From contig NC_043011.1 of assembly GCF_006345805.1 (NCBI RefSeq), positions 32,438,464 to 32,502,463 of the forward strand: 64,000 bases of DNA, read 5' to 3'. Shown here in pieces: positions 1 through 12,613 of the stretch (position 1 is the first letter of the stretch; the number at the start of each line of letters is the position of its first letter). The translations under genes and the position numbers were made by a program. The stretch comes from Octopus sinensis (taxonomy: Eukaryota). The notes beneath the pieces were generated by a model. That model did not search any database and was not told the origin of the DNA. It worked only from the letters and a program-made list of their open reading frames with translations.

Positions 1-143
1 CCCTTTATTATATATATATATATATACATACTCTTACTATTTTACTCGTTTCAGCCATGCGGCTGCGGTCATGCTGCAGCACAGTATATATATATATATG
101 TATAATGTAGTATACATATATAAATATATATATATATAATATG

Positions 144-180
<37 letters not shown>

Positions 181-444
181 GTATAATCGATAAAAAGAGT
201 ACGATGAACTTGCCGTTGTAAGCAGGAAAGTTGAAAGGTGATAAATTAATGAGAGACAGCAGAATTTTACATCCTCTGACTTAAAGAAAGCTAGTTGTAC
301 CTGAGTGTGCGCTCGCTCGCACGTGTGTATACGTAACGACTTTAATAATTTATAATATCTATTTTCAGTTTTTATATTTCTAGCACTATGGTATCTAAAT
401 AGAGACAAAGGAACATATAATATCGATTTCAAATTTTGGTACAA

Positions 445-1665
445 GGCCAGAAATTTCGGGGCAGCGGGTTAGTAGATTACATCAACCCCAGGGTTTAACT
501 GGTACTTATTTTATCGACTCCGAAAGGATGAAAAGCGAAGTCGTCCTCGGCGGGATTCGAACTCAGAATGTAAAGGCGAACGAAATGCTGGTATGAATTT
601 TGTTTGGCGTGCCAACGATTCTGCCAGCTCGTCGCCTTGCAGGACCGTATATTATTTTCTGTTCTAGGCACAAGGCCCGAAATTTTGGGGAGGAGCCCAG
701 TCAATTAGATCGACCCCAGTACGCAATTGGTACTTAATTTATCGACTCCGAAAAGTTGAAAGGCAAAGTCGACCTTGGTGGAATTTGAACTCAGAATATA
801 AAGAAAGACGAAATACCGCTAAGCATTTCGCCCGGCGTGCTGACGTTTCTTATTTCTTTATTGCCTACAAGAGGCTAAACATAGAGGAGACAAACGAATT
901 AAATCGATTACATCGACCCCAGTGCATAACTGGTACTTAATTTATCGACCCCGAAAGGATGAAAGGCAAAGTCGACCTCAGCGGAATTTGAACTCACGAC
1001 GTAACGGCGGACGAAATACCTGTTTCTTTACTACCCACAAGGGGCTAAACACAGGGAGGACAAACAAGGACAGACAAACGGATTAAATCGATTATATCGA
1101 CCCCAGTGCGTAACTGGTACTTATTTAATCGACACCAAAAGGATGAAAGGCAAAATCGACCTCGGCGGAATTTGAACTCAGAACGTAGCAGCAGACTAAA
1201 TACCGCTAAGCATTTTGCCCGGCGTGCTAACGGTTCTGCCAGCTCGCCACCTGAAGGAGCGTATAATATTGGGAAAGGTGTGAGTTCAAACTCTACCGAG
1301 GTCGACTTTGCCTTTCAACCTTCCAGGGTCGATAAAATAAGTATCAGTTGAGTACTGGGGTCGATGTAATCGACTTACCCTCTTCCCCAGAATTGCTGGT
1401 CTGGTACCAAAGTTTGAAGCCAATATTGAGCAAGGTGTATAGTCGGTTAAATCGACTCCAGTATTTCAGGCGAGCTGGCAGAATCGTTAGCACGCCAGGC
1501 GAAATGCGTAGCCGTATTTCGTCGAGGTGGACTTTGCCTTTCATCCTTTCGGGGTCGATAAATTAAGTACCAGTTACGCAGTGGGTTCGATGTAATCGAC
1601 TTAATACCTATGTCTGTCCTTGTTTGTCCCCTCTGTGTTTAGCCCCTTGTGGGTAATAAAGAAAT
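445..1665. mobile_element. Cluster of tRNA-head SINE copies (family A), both orientations, partly tandem
   Basis: Repeated head GGCGAGCTGGCAGAATCGTTAGCACGCC, B-box-like GAGTTCAAATTCC and body GTCGACTTTGCCTTTCATCCTTTCGGGGTCGATAAATTAAGTACCAG. The same sequence recurs at >12 sites in the window. Confidence 0.85.
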
Positions 1666-2204
1666 AGCTACAGATATACAGACGTTGAAAAACTGTAAGG
1701 CAACGTCGATCCAGTGGGATTTGGCCTTAGAATTTTAAAATGACACACGCACACACACACACACACAGACACACACACACACACGATGGGCTTCTTTCAG
1801 TTTTCATCTACCAAACCCATTCAGAAGGCTTTTGTCGGCACGAGGTTATAGTAGAAGATACTTGCCCAAGGTGGGACTGAATCTGGAGTCATGTGGTTGG
1901 GAAGCAAATTTCTAGTTTGTTTCTCTATTAAGCACAAAAATGGCCGCTGGATTTTCGGAGAGGAGCAAATGGATTATTATGGAATTCATATCTGATCCCA
2001 AAGGCATTAGTAAAGCAAACGAAGTAAACTGGGATAATCCAGATTAGGTCGCTGCTTGAATGTCTTTTCTAGGAATAATATGTCCCAAATCATGATGTCC
2101 TGAATATTAGAATAGAATATTGGTTACATTTTAAAATGGAATATTGGTTACACTAAGCGTTTACATATGTGGTAGATTGGCAAAATCCAAGAGTGACTAT
2201 ACAT

Positions 2205-2370
2205 AGGTGCATGCATGGCTATATGGTAAGAAATTTGTTTCTCAAGCACATGGTTGCAGGTTCAGTCCCGCTGCGTGGTACATCGGGCAAGTGTCTTCTA
2301 TTATAGCTTCGGGCCGACCAAGCTTTGTGAGTGGATTTGTTAGATAGAAACTGAAAGAAACCCATCGTAT
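2205..2370 (+). mobile_element. SINE family B (tRNA head + CORE-like domain), 5' part
   Basis: TGGTAAGAAATTTG...GGTTCAGTCCCGCTGCGTGG...GGGCAAGTGTCTTCTATTATAGC matches the copies at 28810, 36895 and 60025. Confidence 0.75.
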
Positions 2371-2385
2371 ATATATATATATAAT

Positions 2386-2436
<51 letters not shown>

Positions 2437-2526
2437 ATATATATATATATACTTTGATACTTTGATACTTTGATAGATTTCGGCCATTATTGGCCCAGGC
2501 CATGTCTAACTTAATAGCACCACCTG

Positions 2527-3178
2527 TTATTTAGAGTTAGTAGTTCCCTTCATCCCATCATATAAAAGAATTTTAATTTAATTTAATACTTACTCCTCAT
2601 ATCTCGGCTACACGTGTTTCTTAGGGTTCATTTTCCGGTTCCTTAACCACGCCGCGATTTGCAGGAACCTTTCTTAAAATGTAACCCCAATCATCAGGCC
2701 TCTAAATAACTTTATCATAGTTTGATACTGAAAACTATATTTAAATTTTAAATTTTAAATTTTAAATTTTAAACATAGTTTAGCATGAACATAATTTTTG
2801 TAAATTTTTACTTTTTATTCGTATTTTTTATTTTAATTTTTATTTGTTATGTTTTATTTTTTATTTTTTATTTGAATTAAATTACAGCTTGCACAGTAAG
2901 GTCCGGCGAACCTATTTACACATACACATACTTATATGTTTAAAATTTAGAATTTAAAATTAAAATATAGTTTTTAGTATCAAACTATGATAAACTTATT
3001 CAGAGGCCTGATGTTTGGGGTTACATTTTAAGAACGGTTCCTGCAAAACGCGGCGTGATTACGGAACCGGAAAATGAACCTCAAGAAACACGTGTAGCCG
3101 AGATATGAGTAGTAAGTATTAAATTAAATTAAAATACTTTTATATGGTGGGATGAAGGGGACTACTATCTCTAAATAA
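2527..3178. mobile_element. Foldback/MITE-like element with ~250-bp terminal inverted repeats
   Basis: 2527-2778 is the imperfect reverse complement of 2933-3178 (TTATTTAGAG...CTCTAAATAA), with an AT-rich spacer and no ORF. Confidence 0.8.
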
Positions 3179-3256
3179 AAAATATATATTTCCTCATTGA
3201 GAATAATTTGAACCCCTGTGATGCCGGAATTTTCATTCCCTAAAAAATGAAATAAA

Positions 3257-3287
<31 letters not shown>

Positions 3288-3337
3288 CAATATATATATA
3301 TACATATATACATATACATATATATATATACATATAT

Positions 3338-3390
<53 letters not shown>

Positions 3391-3396
3391 TATGTA

Positions 3397-3508
3397 TTCG
3401 AAACGTCATACCCTCCTTCTTCCCTTTTTTCCTGAGCGCCTAATATACTTTAATTGTTCCACCTATTGCGTTGTTGTCTTTTTTGTTTTTCTTGTTTAGA
3501 TTAACTTT
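3397..3508 (+). mobile_element. Solo pLTR fragment (family G) starting at the 3' half of a hammerhead motif
   Basis: Begins TTCGAAACGTCA and matches the reverse complement of 28186-28300. Flanked by (TA)n on both sides. Confidence 0.6.
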
Positions 3509-3641
3509 ATATATATATATATAAGGAGCGGGTTACACCGGAGTAAACACATAAATGTGAAACAAGGTGGAAAAAAGAGTACTCAAATACCAGTGGTAGA
3601 GTAATATGCTTAATTTTAAGCAGCAGAAAATTCAACAAAAT

Positions 3642-3679
3642 CTGTTACTCTGAGTTTCTCGTTGCCGTTCATCAGACAG
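3642..3679 (-). ncRNA. Minimal type I hammerhead ribozyme in PLE1 pLTR
   Basis: CUGU-CUGAUGA-ACG GCAA CGA-GAAA-CUC A GAG-UA-ACAG: stem I CUGU/ACAG, canonical core, short near-palindromic stem III, GUA cleavage triplet. Confidence 0.8.
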
Positions 3680-4712
3680 TTTTTGCTAGAATGGAACTTA
3701 TATATCAATTCAATCTATACTCTTACAAACGCTACACTTTAAAAAGAAATGGACTTGTTTGATTGGCCCTTTAGAAAAACGGTCAATCTTCGAGCGATAA
3801 ACAAAAAGGTCAAAAATATATGTATATATATAAAAAAACTTATAAAAATTATAAAATCCGAGGAAAAAACCGAGGAAAAAACCTATTGCCGTTAATGAAG
3901 ACAGTGCAAATAATGCATAGAAATTAAACCTGTTATAAATACTGCAATACATATTTATATTAAAATCTACATATATATATCAACATACACAAAAGGATGC
4001 GCGTAAACGCCATACATACATATACAGACGTATGAATATGAATCTAAATATACACATAAAGCATGTGTACATATATTCACGCAAACCGTCTCGCACGCAA
4101 GCTAAAATTCATCTATGTAGCAATTCTCATATACTGAGCAAGGAGGGGGACGAAGAAAGGGAAGAGAGAAAAGGAACGAAGGAGGGGTGGGGAAAAAACT
4201 CGTAACGATGTTATTGGCATCTATAGAGACCAGTATACATACACAAGTTTGAATGGATACATATACATACCGTCGTGTATATGTGTGCTTAAGCACAAGC
4301 ATCTACTTCACTTACACATACATAGATACGCATGCTTACAAATACATATGCTTTGCTATACACATACTTATATAAACATTCTAATTTTGACAACATTGCT
4401 TTTTTTTAAAAAACATTGCTTTTAAAAATGGGTGCATTAACATTAAAAAAAATATATACGAAGACATATAAAATAAAAATAACATCCTATTTTGGGTCAT
4501 TTATAATAATCAAGGTAATATAAATAATCAAGGTAATCCTATGCAATACAATAACATGAAAACAAAGTTTGTAGGTTTTTCCTAATATATATGTAGAAAC
4601 ATAAGACTTTGCTATACGGATTAAGATCCGCGTAGCTTGAAAAAATCAAAATCCATCATAGCGCTCAAGAGTCAAAATCAAAATCAAAAATCAAAAATAC
4701 AAAATATATACT

Positions 4713-6844
4713 CTATCCATATGGTATATTTATATTCGACATTTTAAATTTAGCCGCGTGCCTACATAAGTTCATTAACTCACTTCTTTGATTCAAAGAA
4801 TTATTGTCTTTGAATAAGATGTACATTTTTTCTAATAGGCAAAGTCTGCACTTGAAATTATATTTGTAAGCTCCATGCCTGTATGGTGCCGCCCTGTCCA
4901 GAATGCTCCATGTCACGTTGAAAGGTGGGGCTTCCTTTTCTTTTAGTTCCCAGACATATTTTGCTAGGCTGGTTTTCTTCCTATTCTCTGGGTATTTAAA
5001 ATAATTTTTATGAGAATAAAATCTTGTTTTAAATGAATTTTCTGAAGCCCCTGTGTATGTCTTGTATTCCGATGAGCCTTCCACTTGCACCTTGGCTCTA
5101 TAAACTACTCCTTTCACTAGACATTTCCCTTCTAACGGACAGGAGCTTTCGTTTTTGAAATTACATTTCTTAATGGGCTCGGCACCATGTCTAATCTCAA
5201 TTAGCTTCCTATTATGTTGGCTAATGTAAGAGGCGAAATTTCTGCAACAAGAATAGCTAACCTTCAGGGTTCTTCTATTAAATATTCTGTAGAATTTATG
5301 ACCCTGCTTAAAATGCTTAGAGACTAATCTCAAAATTCCTTACCTATATTAGTCTTTACGGCCAAATTGAAAGCCGGGTTGAACCACAAAACTTTCCTGG
5401 TCCTAGTTCTTCGTGCAGCATTATTATTAGCATTAAGCTGGTTGAACTGGATCTTCTCGAGAATCCACTATTCTTTAATGCGCTATCGTAATAAGGTGCA
5501 GCATTATGGAATGCTGCCTCGTCCGAAGAAATTGAAGATATTCTTCTCCTACCTACATTGCTGACTAAGTTGCTAAGGATAACTGGTGGATGGTTCGAAT
5601 CTTTGCTAATATACGATAGCTTTTCATTGGGCTTACGGAAAGGTTTAAATCTATCCGATCTTACTTAAATTTACGTCTAAAAAATCTACACTATTCAGGT
5701 TAGCATCTATCGTAATCCGTAAGCCCATCCTTTGAAAGAAAGCTATAAGGTTCTTCCTAAGTCTATCTGATTCATGGCCGTTTAGATTATGCGTGGCTAT
5801 AAGGCCGTCATCCCTATATAAACCTGCATCTATAAATGGGAATTCTATTTTTAGATTATGGAAATAAAGGCTCCTATGAGCATACATAATTCAGCCCCGT
5901 CGTATGCCCCCATCGGTACATCGAAAAAGAATCCTCAGTCTTCTTAATCCAGGTGGAATCCTCGAAAAAAAGAAGCGATTTCCTCCATCGCATGCATAAT
6001 AATTTCAATTTCCGAGCTATCGATGTTGACATACTGCTGGCGAAGTCCAATGCCCTTAGGAGCAACGTCCTAGATATTGACGGGTAAAAGTCAATAATGT
6101 CGAATTGTGTGAAACTACAATTATTCTTATAGCTAATACCTTTAAACCACTCTATAACTGACTTACTATTCTTTTCTCCAAATTCTCAAGTCTACTTCAC
6201 TATCTAACTTAACTAAATACGGTCCAAATTTTTTGCTAATAATTCCTATCTCAGTTTTAGCCGGATTTATCAATCTACATTTGGGGTTTCTACTAAAATT
6301 GGCTTTATGGTCTTTCAGAGTATAAAAGCTGGTCGTGGTGAAAGGTATTCAATCCTATCGCTAATCTTAAGATCGTTAGCTATTCCTCTTGCTTCTAAGT
6401 TCACCTCTTTCTATATATTCGTGTAGTCTTTTTTGTATGTGTCCGTGACACTATTCGAAATCAGGCGTTTATAAACGTCTTATCAAGTGCATATAAGTTC
6501 CTTGTCTTGTCAGAATTAACGAAGATCTTATTCGAGTCGTTAATCTCCTTAATTTTTTCTCTCATATTTGTCTGCAACTGGTTGGTATATTTGCGGAATT
6601 TAATTTTCCTAATAAGCTCGAAAAGGTCTTTCTCGAAGGCTTCTAATTCCGGAATCGGGGGCGGGTGTCTGGGAGATTTAAATCCATATTTGTTTCCTTC
6701 TATTTTCTGTTTATTATCAAAGAAGAAGGCTTTCCATCTCAGTCTTCTAATAAACTCTTCCGTTTTCTCTATAAGACCTTTGAGATATTGTTTCCGTGCA
6801 GGGATAGGTATATTTTTCTGAGAAAAATCCAACGGGTAAAGTTC
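4713..6844 (-). pseudogene. PLE1 RT + GIY-YIG polyprotein (~710 codons, several frameshifts)
   Basis: N-terminus DFSQKNIPIP...RLRWKAFFF. RT motifs FDIIDFYPSI, PMGAYDGAEL and LYRDDGL. C-terminal VYRAKV...YTGASENSFKTRFYSH...CRLCLLEK...LNQRSE endonuclease (ORF 4713-5333). Confidence 0.92.
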
Positions 6845-8751
6845 TGCTGCTTAAAATAAAGCATATTACTCTACCACTGGTATTTGAGTACTCTTTTTTC
6901 CACCTTGTTTCACTTTTATGTGTTTACTCCGGTGTAACCCGCTCCTTGTAAAAGTTTGAGCGACTCTGCACAAGTAGGAAGAACTAACAGCTGAAAAAGA
7001 TGGAACTTTACCCGCTGGATTTTTGAGATTAGTCTCTAAGCATTTTAAGCAGGGTCATAAATTCTACAGAATATTTAATAGAACCCTGAAGGTTAGCTAT
7101 TCTTGTTGCAGAAATTTCGCCTCTTACATTAGCCAACATAATAGGAAGCTAATTGAGATTAGACATGGTGCCGAGCCCATTAAGAAATGTAATTTCAAAA
7201 ACGAAAGCTCCTGTCCGTTAGAAGGGAATGTCTAGTGAAAGGAGTAGTTTATAGAGCCAAGGTCAAGTGGAAGGCTCATCGGAATACAAGACATACACAG
7301 GGGCTTCAGAAAATTCATTTAAACAAGATTTTATTCTCATAAAAATTATTTTAAATACCCAGAGAATAGGAAGAAAACCAGCCTAGCAAAATATGTCTGG
7401 GAACTAAAAGAAAAGGAAGCCCCACCTTTCAACGTGACATGGAGCATTCTGGACAGGGCGGGCACCATACAGGCATGGAGCTTACAAATATAATTTCAAG
7501 TGCAGACTTTGCCTATTAGAAAAAATGTACATCTTATTCAAAGACAATAATTCTTTGAATCAAAGAAGTGAGTTAATGAACTTATGTAGGCACGCGGCTA
7601 AATTTAAAATGTCGAATATAAATATACCATATGGATAGAGTATATATTTTGTATTTTTGATTTTTGATTTTGATTTTGACTCTTGAGCGCTATGATGGAT
7701 TTTGATTCTGTTTCCAAGCTACGCGGATCTTAATCCGTATAGCAAAGTCTTATGTTTCTACATATATATTAGGAAAAACCTACAAACTTTGTTTTCATGT
7801 TATTGTATTGCATAGGATTACCTTGATTATTTATATTACCTTGATTATTTATAAATGACCCAAAATAGGATGTTATATTTTATTTTATATGTCTTTCGTA
7901 TATATTTTTATTAATGCACCCATTTTTTAAAAGCAATGTTTTTTAAAAAAAAGCAATGTTGTCAAAATTAGAATGTTTATATAAGTATGTGTATAGCAAA
8001 GCATATGTATTTGTAAGCATGCGTATCTATGTATGTGTAAGTGAAAGTATGCTTGTGCTTAAGCACACATATACACGACGGTATGTATATGTATCCATTC
8101 AAACTTGTGTATGTATACTGGTCTCTATAGATGCCAATAACATCGTTACGAGTTTTTTCCCCACCCCTCCTTCGTTCCTTTTTCTCTCTTTCCCTTTCTT
8201 TCGTTCCCCCTCCTTGCTCAGTATATGAGAATTGCTACATAGATGAATTTTAGCTTGCGTGCGAGACGGTTTGCGTGAATATATGTACACATGCTTTTAT
8301 GTGTATATTTAGATTCATATTCATACGTCTGTATATGTATGTATGGCGTTTACGCGCATCCTTTTGTGTATGTTGATATATATATGTAGATAGATTTAAT
8401 ATAAATATGTATTGCAGTATTTATAACAGGTTTAATTCTATGCATTAATTTGCACTGTCTTCATTAACGGCAATAGGTTTTTTCCTCGGTTTTTTCCTCG
8501 GATTTTATAATTTTTATAAGTTTTTTTATATATATATACATATATTTTGACCCTTTGTTTATCGCTCGAAGATTGACCGTTTTTTCTAAAGGGCCAATCA
8601 AACAAGTCCATTTCTTTTTAAAGGTGTAGCGTTGTAAGAGTATAGATTGAATTGATATATAAGTTCCATTCTAGCAAAAACTGTCTGATGAACGGCAACG
8701 AGAAACTCAGAGTAACAGATTTTGTTGAATTTTCTGCTGCTTAAAATAAAG
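6842..8751 (+). mobile_element. PLE1 right arm: pLTR tail, 5' UTR and ATG, internal deletion of the whole RT, GIY-YIG, 3' UTR, pLTR
   Basis: ATG GAA CTT TAC CCG CTG GAT TTT at 7000 is joined via a T-run microhomology to GAGATTAGTC (LRLVSKHF). 7022-8751 is the reverse complement of ~3613-5340. Terminal direct repeat TTCTGCTGCTTAAAATAAAG at 6842 and 8732. Confidence 0.92.
8681..8718 (+). ncRNA. Minimal type I hammerhead ribozyme, second PLE1 copy
   Basis: CTGTCTGATGAACGGCAACGAGAAACTCAGAGTAACAG, identical to the copy at 3642-3679. Confidence 0.8.
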
Positions 8752-8775
8752 TATATATATTATATATATATATAT

Positions 8776-8933
8776 AGATCAATAAATGGTGGGGTTGTGT
8801 TGACCGCACGTGGAGAAATGATAAGTAAGGAAAATCTTTTTTAAAAAATGCAGAATGCTCAAATGAAAGAAGATTTTAATAAAATGAGAAATTGATAAAA
8901 TATATAAATATATATTTATTCAACCGGTTTTCG
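8776..8933 (-). mobile_element. Extra PLE2 pLTR segment capping the left arm of the giant palindrome
   Basis: Reverse complement of ~15246-15390 (CGAAAACCGGTTGAATA...CTCCACGTGCGGTCA). Joined to host DNA through a shared CG and abuts the (TA)n at the PLE1 end. Confidence 0.88.
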
Positions 8934-9207
8934 CACTGGGGTCGATATAATCGACTTAATCCGTTTGTCTGTCCTTGTTTGTCCTCTCTGTGTTTAACAC
9001 CTTGTGGGTAGTAAAGAAACAGATATTTCGTCTGCTTTTATATTCTGAGTTCAAATTACACCCAGGTCGACTCTGCCTTTTTTATCCTTTCGTGGTCGAT
9101 GAAATAAGTACCAATTAAGCACTGGGATCAATGTTATCGACCATCCCCCTGCCCGAAAATTTCAGACCTTATGCCTTTAGTAGAAAAAATTATTTTTATT
9201 ATCATTA

Positions 9208-9453
9208 TTTTTACTTTTACTCTCCACGTTTGTTACAGTCACTTGCCGAAACACACCCAATGTCCTGGGGCGAGTGAAGGATAAGAGATGTTACAGTAAG
9301 ACTGAAAGCTTGGGGAGGAAAGGAACCGAAATATCTTCATGTAACGTAACACAGACATTTAAATATGGTTTTTCTAAGGATGTGGGCTGTACTTGCCAGC
9401 ACAATCTTTTGGATTTCTCTGAGATATGGTTCTCCTGGGATCTTATCTAGAGT
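9208..9453 (-). mobile_element. 3' end of an REL-endonuclease LINE (R4/Dong-like), duplicated copy
   Basis: LDKIPGEPYLREIQKIVLASTAHILRK followed by a 3' UTR, embedded in (TAA)n/(CAA)n. Confidence 0.7.
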
Positions 9454-9470
9454 ATTATTATTGTTGTTGC

Positions 9471-9501
<31 letters not shown>

Positions 9502-10490
9502 ATTATTATTATTATTATTCAAACAGAGAAGGTAGATTAAGGAAACTGATGCATTGAAGACTAATATAAATAGACTTTCTAAGCAAGTATCATAAGGTCT
9601 GCATGCTGTTGATAGACAATACTTTAAGCTGATTTCTCATTTCCAGTTTCTGGTCAACTAAAAGATTGCGATCAGAAGACACGATTTGGAAAAACGAATT
9701 GAAAACAAAAAAAAACGTAAAGACAACATAAAAAGGAGGGAAAGGCTTCTTCGATACTTAATTCGTTCCTTTTATATTTATCTAGATTTTTCTTTCTGTT
9801 TTGCTTTCAGCATCTACCATAATCATACATAGCAATTCGACGGCGACTTAATACCGTGGGTGTTTGTATGTATATACATAGATACACACACAGACACACG
9901 CATAATTATATCTATTAACTTATACATGCTTAACAACATACAAGCATACAAGCAGTTGCACCATATATCAATAAACACTTTGGCTGCTGTTAATGGTTAC
10001 AAATTTTGGTAGAAGACCACTAAGTTCGTGGGAGGAAGTAAGTCGATTACATCGACACCCCCACCCCCGTGTTCATCTATTACTTATTTTATCGATCCCG
10101 AAAGGGCTAAAGGTAAAATCGACCTCGGTGGAATTTGAACTCAGAACGTAAAGACGGGCGAAATGCCGCTGAGCATTTTGCCCGGCGTGCTAACGAGTCT
10201 GCCAGCTCGCCGCCTTCAGCTGATGTTAACAACGGTTTCAAGTTTTGGCACAGAGCCAATAGTTATTGAAGGGAGTTAGAAATCGATTACATCGAACCCA
10301 GTACTTTACTGGTTCTTATTTTATCGGCCCCGGACGGATGAAATGCAACGTCGGCTTCAGTGGTATTTGAACTGATAACGTAAAGCCATAAGATATACCA
10401 TAAGGCAGTTTTACCTGACGTGCTAACGATTCTGCCAGTTCGCAACATTAGTCAAATATTAATAATATATTTGTGTATGTGTATGCGTCG

Positions 10491-10550
<60 letters not shown>

Positions 10551-10552
10551 AT

Positions 10553-11153
10553 AACATTCAACAATATAAGGAATGGTCATATAGGACATTCGACTCACTA
10601 GAAAGGGCAGCCAAAACTCATGCCGCTAAGTAGCTGTAATTCTGAAATAGAGAGAGAAATAAAAACATTTACCCCTTTCATCTCTGGACTATGCATAGTT
10701 TCGGCAAAACTTTGGCAAATGAATTAATTAAATTAAATTAAATTAAATTCATCTACATCTGGCGTGCCTCGTCAGCAGAGAGCCTAGGACGAGTATATGT
10801 CCACGACGCTATGGTAAAGAAGCCTCCAGTACATATGCTCTAAATTTTCAAATCTTACCGCAATCGCGCGGTCTTCTCAGCAGCAAATATAAACTGCTGA
10901 TTTAATTTCAAAATTAGCCAAAAAAAATCATAATAATAAATATAAGGGTAGCAAAAAATTCTAGAAAAAATTCTCCGCTACCAGCGGTCTAATGAGAAAG
11001 AAAAAATAGTCAAAGACTATATAGTATACGTTCAACAATATAAGGAATGGCCATATAGGACATTCGACTCACTAGAAAGAGCAGCCAAAACTCATACCGC
11101 TAAGTAGTTGTAATTCTGAAAAGAAAGAGAAATAAAAACGTTTACCCCTTTCA
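10553..11153 (-). mobile_element. Non-coding retrozyme-like element R1 (~473-nt monomer + ~128-bp terminal direct repeat)
   Basis: 10553-10680 is repeated directly at 11028-11153. An HHR lies immediately before the repeat. Flanked by (TA)n; no ORF. Confidence 0.75.
10681..10781 (-). ncRNA. Canonical type I hammerhead ribozyme with long stem II insert
   Basis: UCUCUG-CUGACGA-GGC...GCC-GAAA-CUAUGCAUAG-UC-CAGAGA: 6-bp stem I, palindromic ACUAUGCAUAGU stem III, GUC triplet. Confidence 0.85.
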
Positions 11154-11193
11154 ATATATACATATACACATACATATATATATATATATATAT

Positions 11194-11277
<84 letters not shown>

Positions 11278-11279
<2 letters not shown>

Positions 11280-11845
11280 GTAAACAGTAAAAATAATTAC
11301 AGACATGGACAAGAACATGAAACACCACAGAGACGACACAAGAACCACAGGACGGGACATTCGAAGCCCTCAGTCATCAGTCAAGAACCAGATCATCTTA
11401 GCAATTTCGGCTGATAAATCTTGAGATTGCTCCGATATGGCCAGCCAGCACAAGGGAAATCTAAGCCAAGCGCATTAGATCCCCTGGAAGAAAGCTTCGA
11501 ATGTATACAACGCGAGGACGGAAAACGAACGAAGTACATAAAAAAAATACAGAATACGTGACACCAATAAGAATACAAAAACGTAAAAACAATAACGGTA
11601 AAAATAAAATAAAATAAAAAATAAAACAACAAAACAAACCAGGACGTGGGACAAGGTCTTTCGACAGGACGAGTTGAGTATGGGGCTGGCTGTGAAGTTG
11701 TGCCTAATGGCCACGGGGAGGGAGACGACCAAATACGTGTTGCTTCTCGCGGCTGAAAACGAAAAGAGCGCTCAACGGCGGCTAGCTGTCACGTGAGAAC
11801 AGAGACAGGAGAAAGGGACAGATGAAAAGAGAGAGAAGGTGGAAT
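11278..11845 (-). mobile_element. Non-coding repeat family D, present only in the left arm of the PLE2 palindrome
   Basis: Matches 54740-55229 and 62645-63130. Absent from the corresponding (TA)n at 19350-19430. Confidence 0.8.
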
Positions 11846-11943
11846 ATATATAATAAGGAAAAATTTTTTTTAAAATGCAGAATGCTGAAATGAAAGAAGA
11901 TTTTAATAAAATGAGAAATTGATAAAATATATAAATATATATT

Positions 11944-11985
11944 TATTCAACCGGTTTTTCGTCATTGTATGACTTGTCAAGAATA
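11944..11985 (-). ncRNA. Candidate atypical hammerhead (U3-A8 core) in PLE2 pLTR
   Basis: UAUUC-UUGACAA-GUCAU ACA AUGAC-GAAA-(A)ACCGGU-U-GAAUA. Stems I and II are perfect; the register around N17 is ambiguous. Confidence 0.55.
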
Positions 11986-12613
11986 TTTATGTTTTAAGAA
12001 GTTTTTTTAAAAATTAGAAGGGGAAAAAAAGAAAATTGCATTGTTTTTTGTAAAAGAATAATGATAAAAATGTACAAAAATTAAAAAATAAGTTCTCCGA
12101 TACATTGTAAGTTCGTTGTGTATCTTGAGGTTTATGGTTGTTTACGAAAAAATTACCTTGAGGTGTTAAGATCCAAGGGATTAAGAGCATGTGTTTGTTG
12201 TGTTGTTAAATTCAGCATGTTTGCAGGACAGGAAGTAGTAGTAATTGTGGTCCTGGTTCTTCAGTTCCTGTGTTGTGAGTAAGGGGAGACAACTCTTTTG
12301 AGTTCTTCAATAAAACCCAAATTATAAAACTATCATTTTAGCTTCATTTGCATTATCTTTTTTATATAATTGCTTGTTAACTTAACTTTCAGATTTTAAA
12401 CACTTATTTATATTATTTTCTAATAATATAAATCTGCATAGACAATTGCATTTCAAATTGTCATATCATTTATAATAAAAATGATAGTAATAACAACAAT
12501 AGTAAAAATGATATTTAAAGAATATAAGTTTTAGCTTGAAGTGATGAATGCATGGTATCTTAAATATTTGTGTTAGTCCATCCATGAAGAGTGAGGTAGA
12601 GAAGGAAGTTTGA

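Larger units (their letters stand above)
3523..6844 (-). mobile_element. Penelope-like element PLE1, left arm: near-complete ORF lacking only the ATG, ~1-kb 3' UTR and pLTR
   Basis: RT and GIY-YIG motifs lie on the minus strand. pLTR 3523-3690 is re-found inverted at 6842-6947 and 8640-8751. The arm ends in (TA)n. Confidence 0.93.
8932..11153 (-). repeat. Inverted duplication of host flank 19449-21655
   Basis: Colinear reverse-complement match including SINE A copies, the R4/Dong-like tail, unique spacers and the retrozyme-like unit. The right copy continues into an intact SINE; the left copy stops at the pLTR. Confidence 0.92.

Noticed and set aside
700-1250. Regularly spaced repeats superficially like a CRISPR array
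   Set aside because: The units are ~190-bp SINE bodies without unique spacers, there are no cas genes, and the context is eukaryotic.
2660-2705. CTGATGA...GAAA on the minus strand inside the foldback element
   Set aside because: Stem II is mostly G.U, stem I is missing, and the opposite arm reads CTGATGT.
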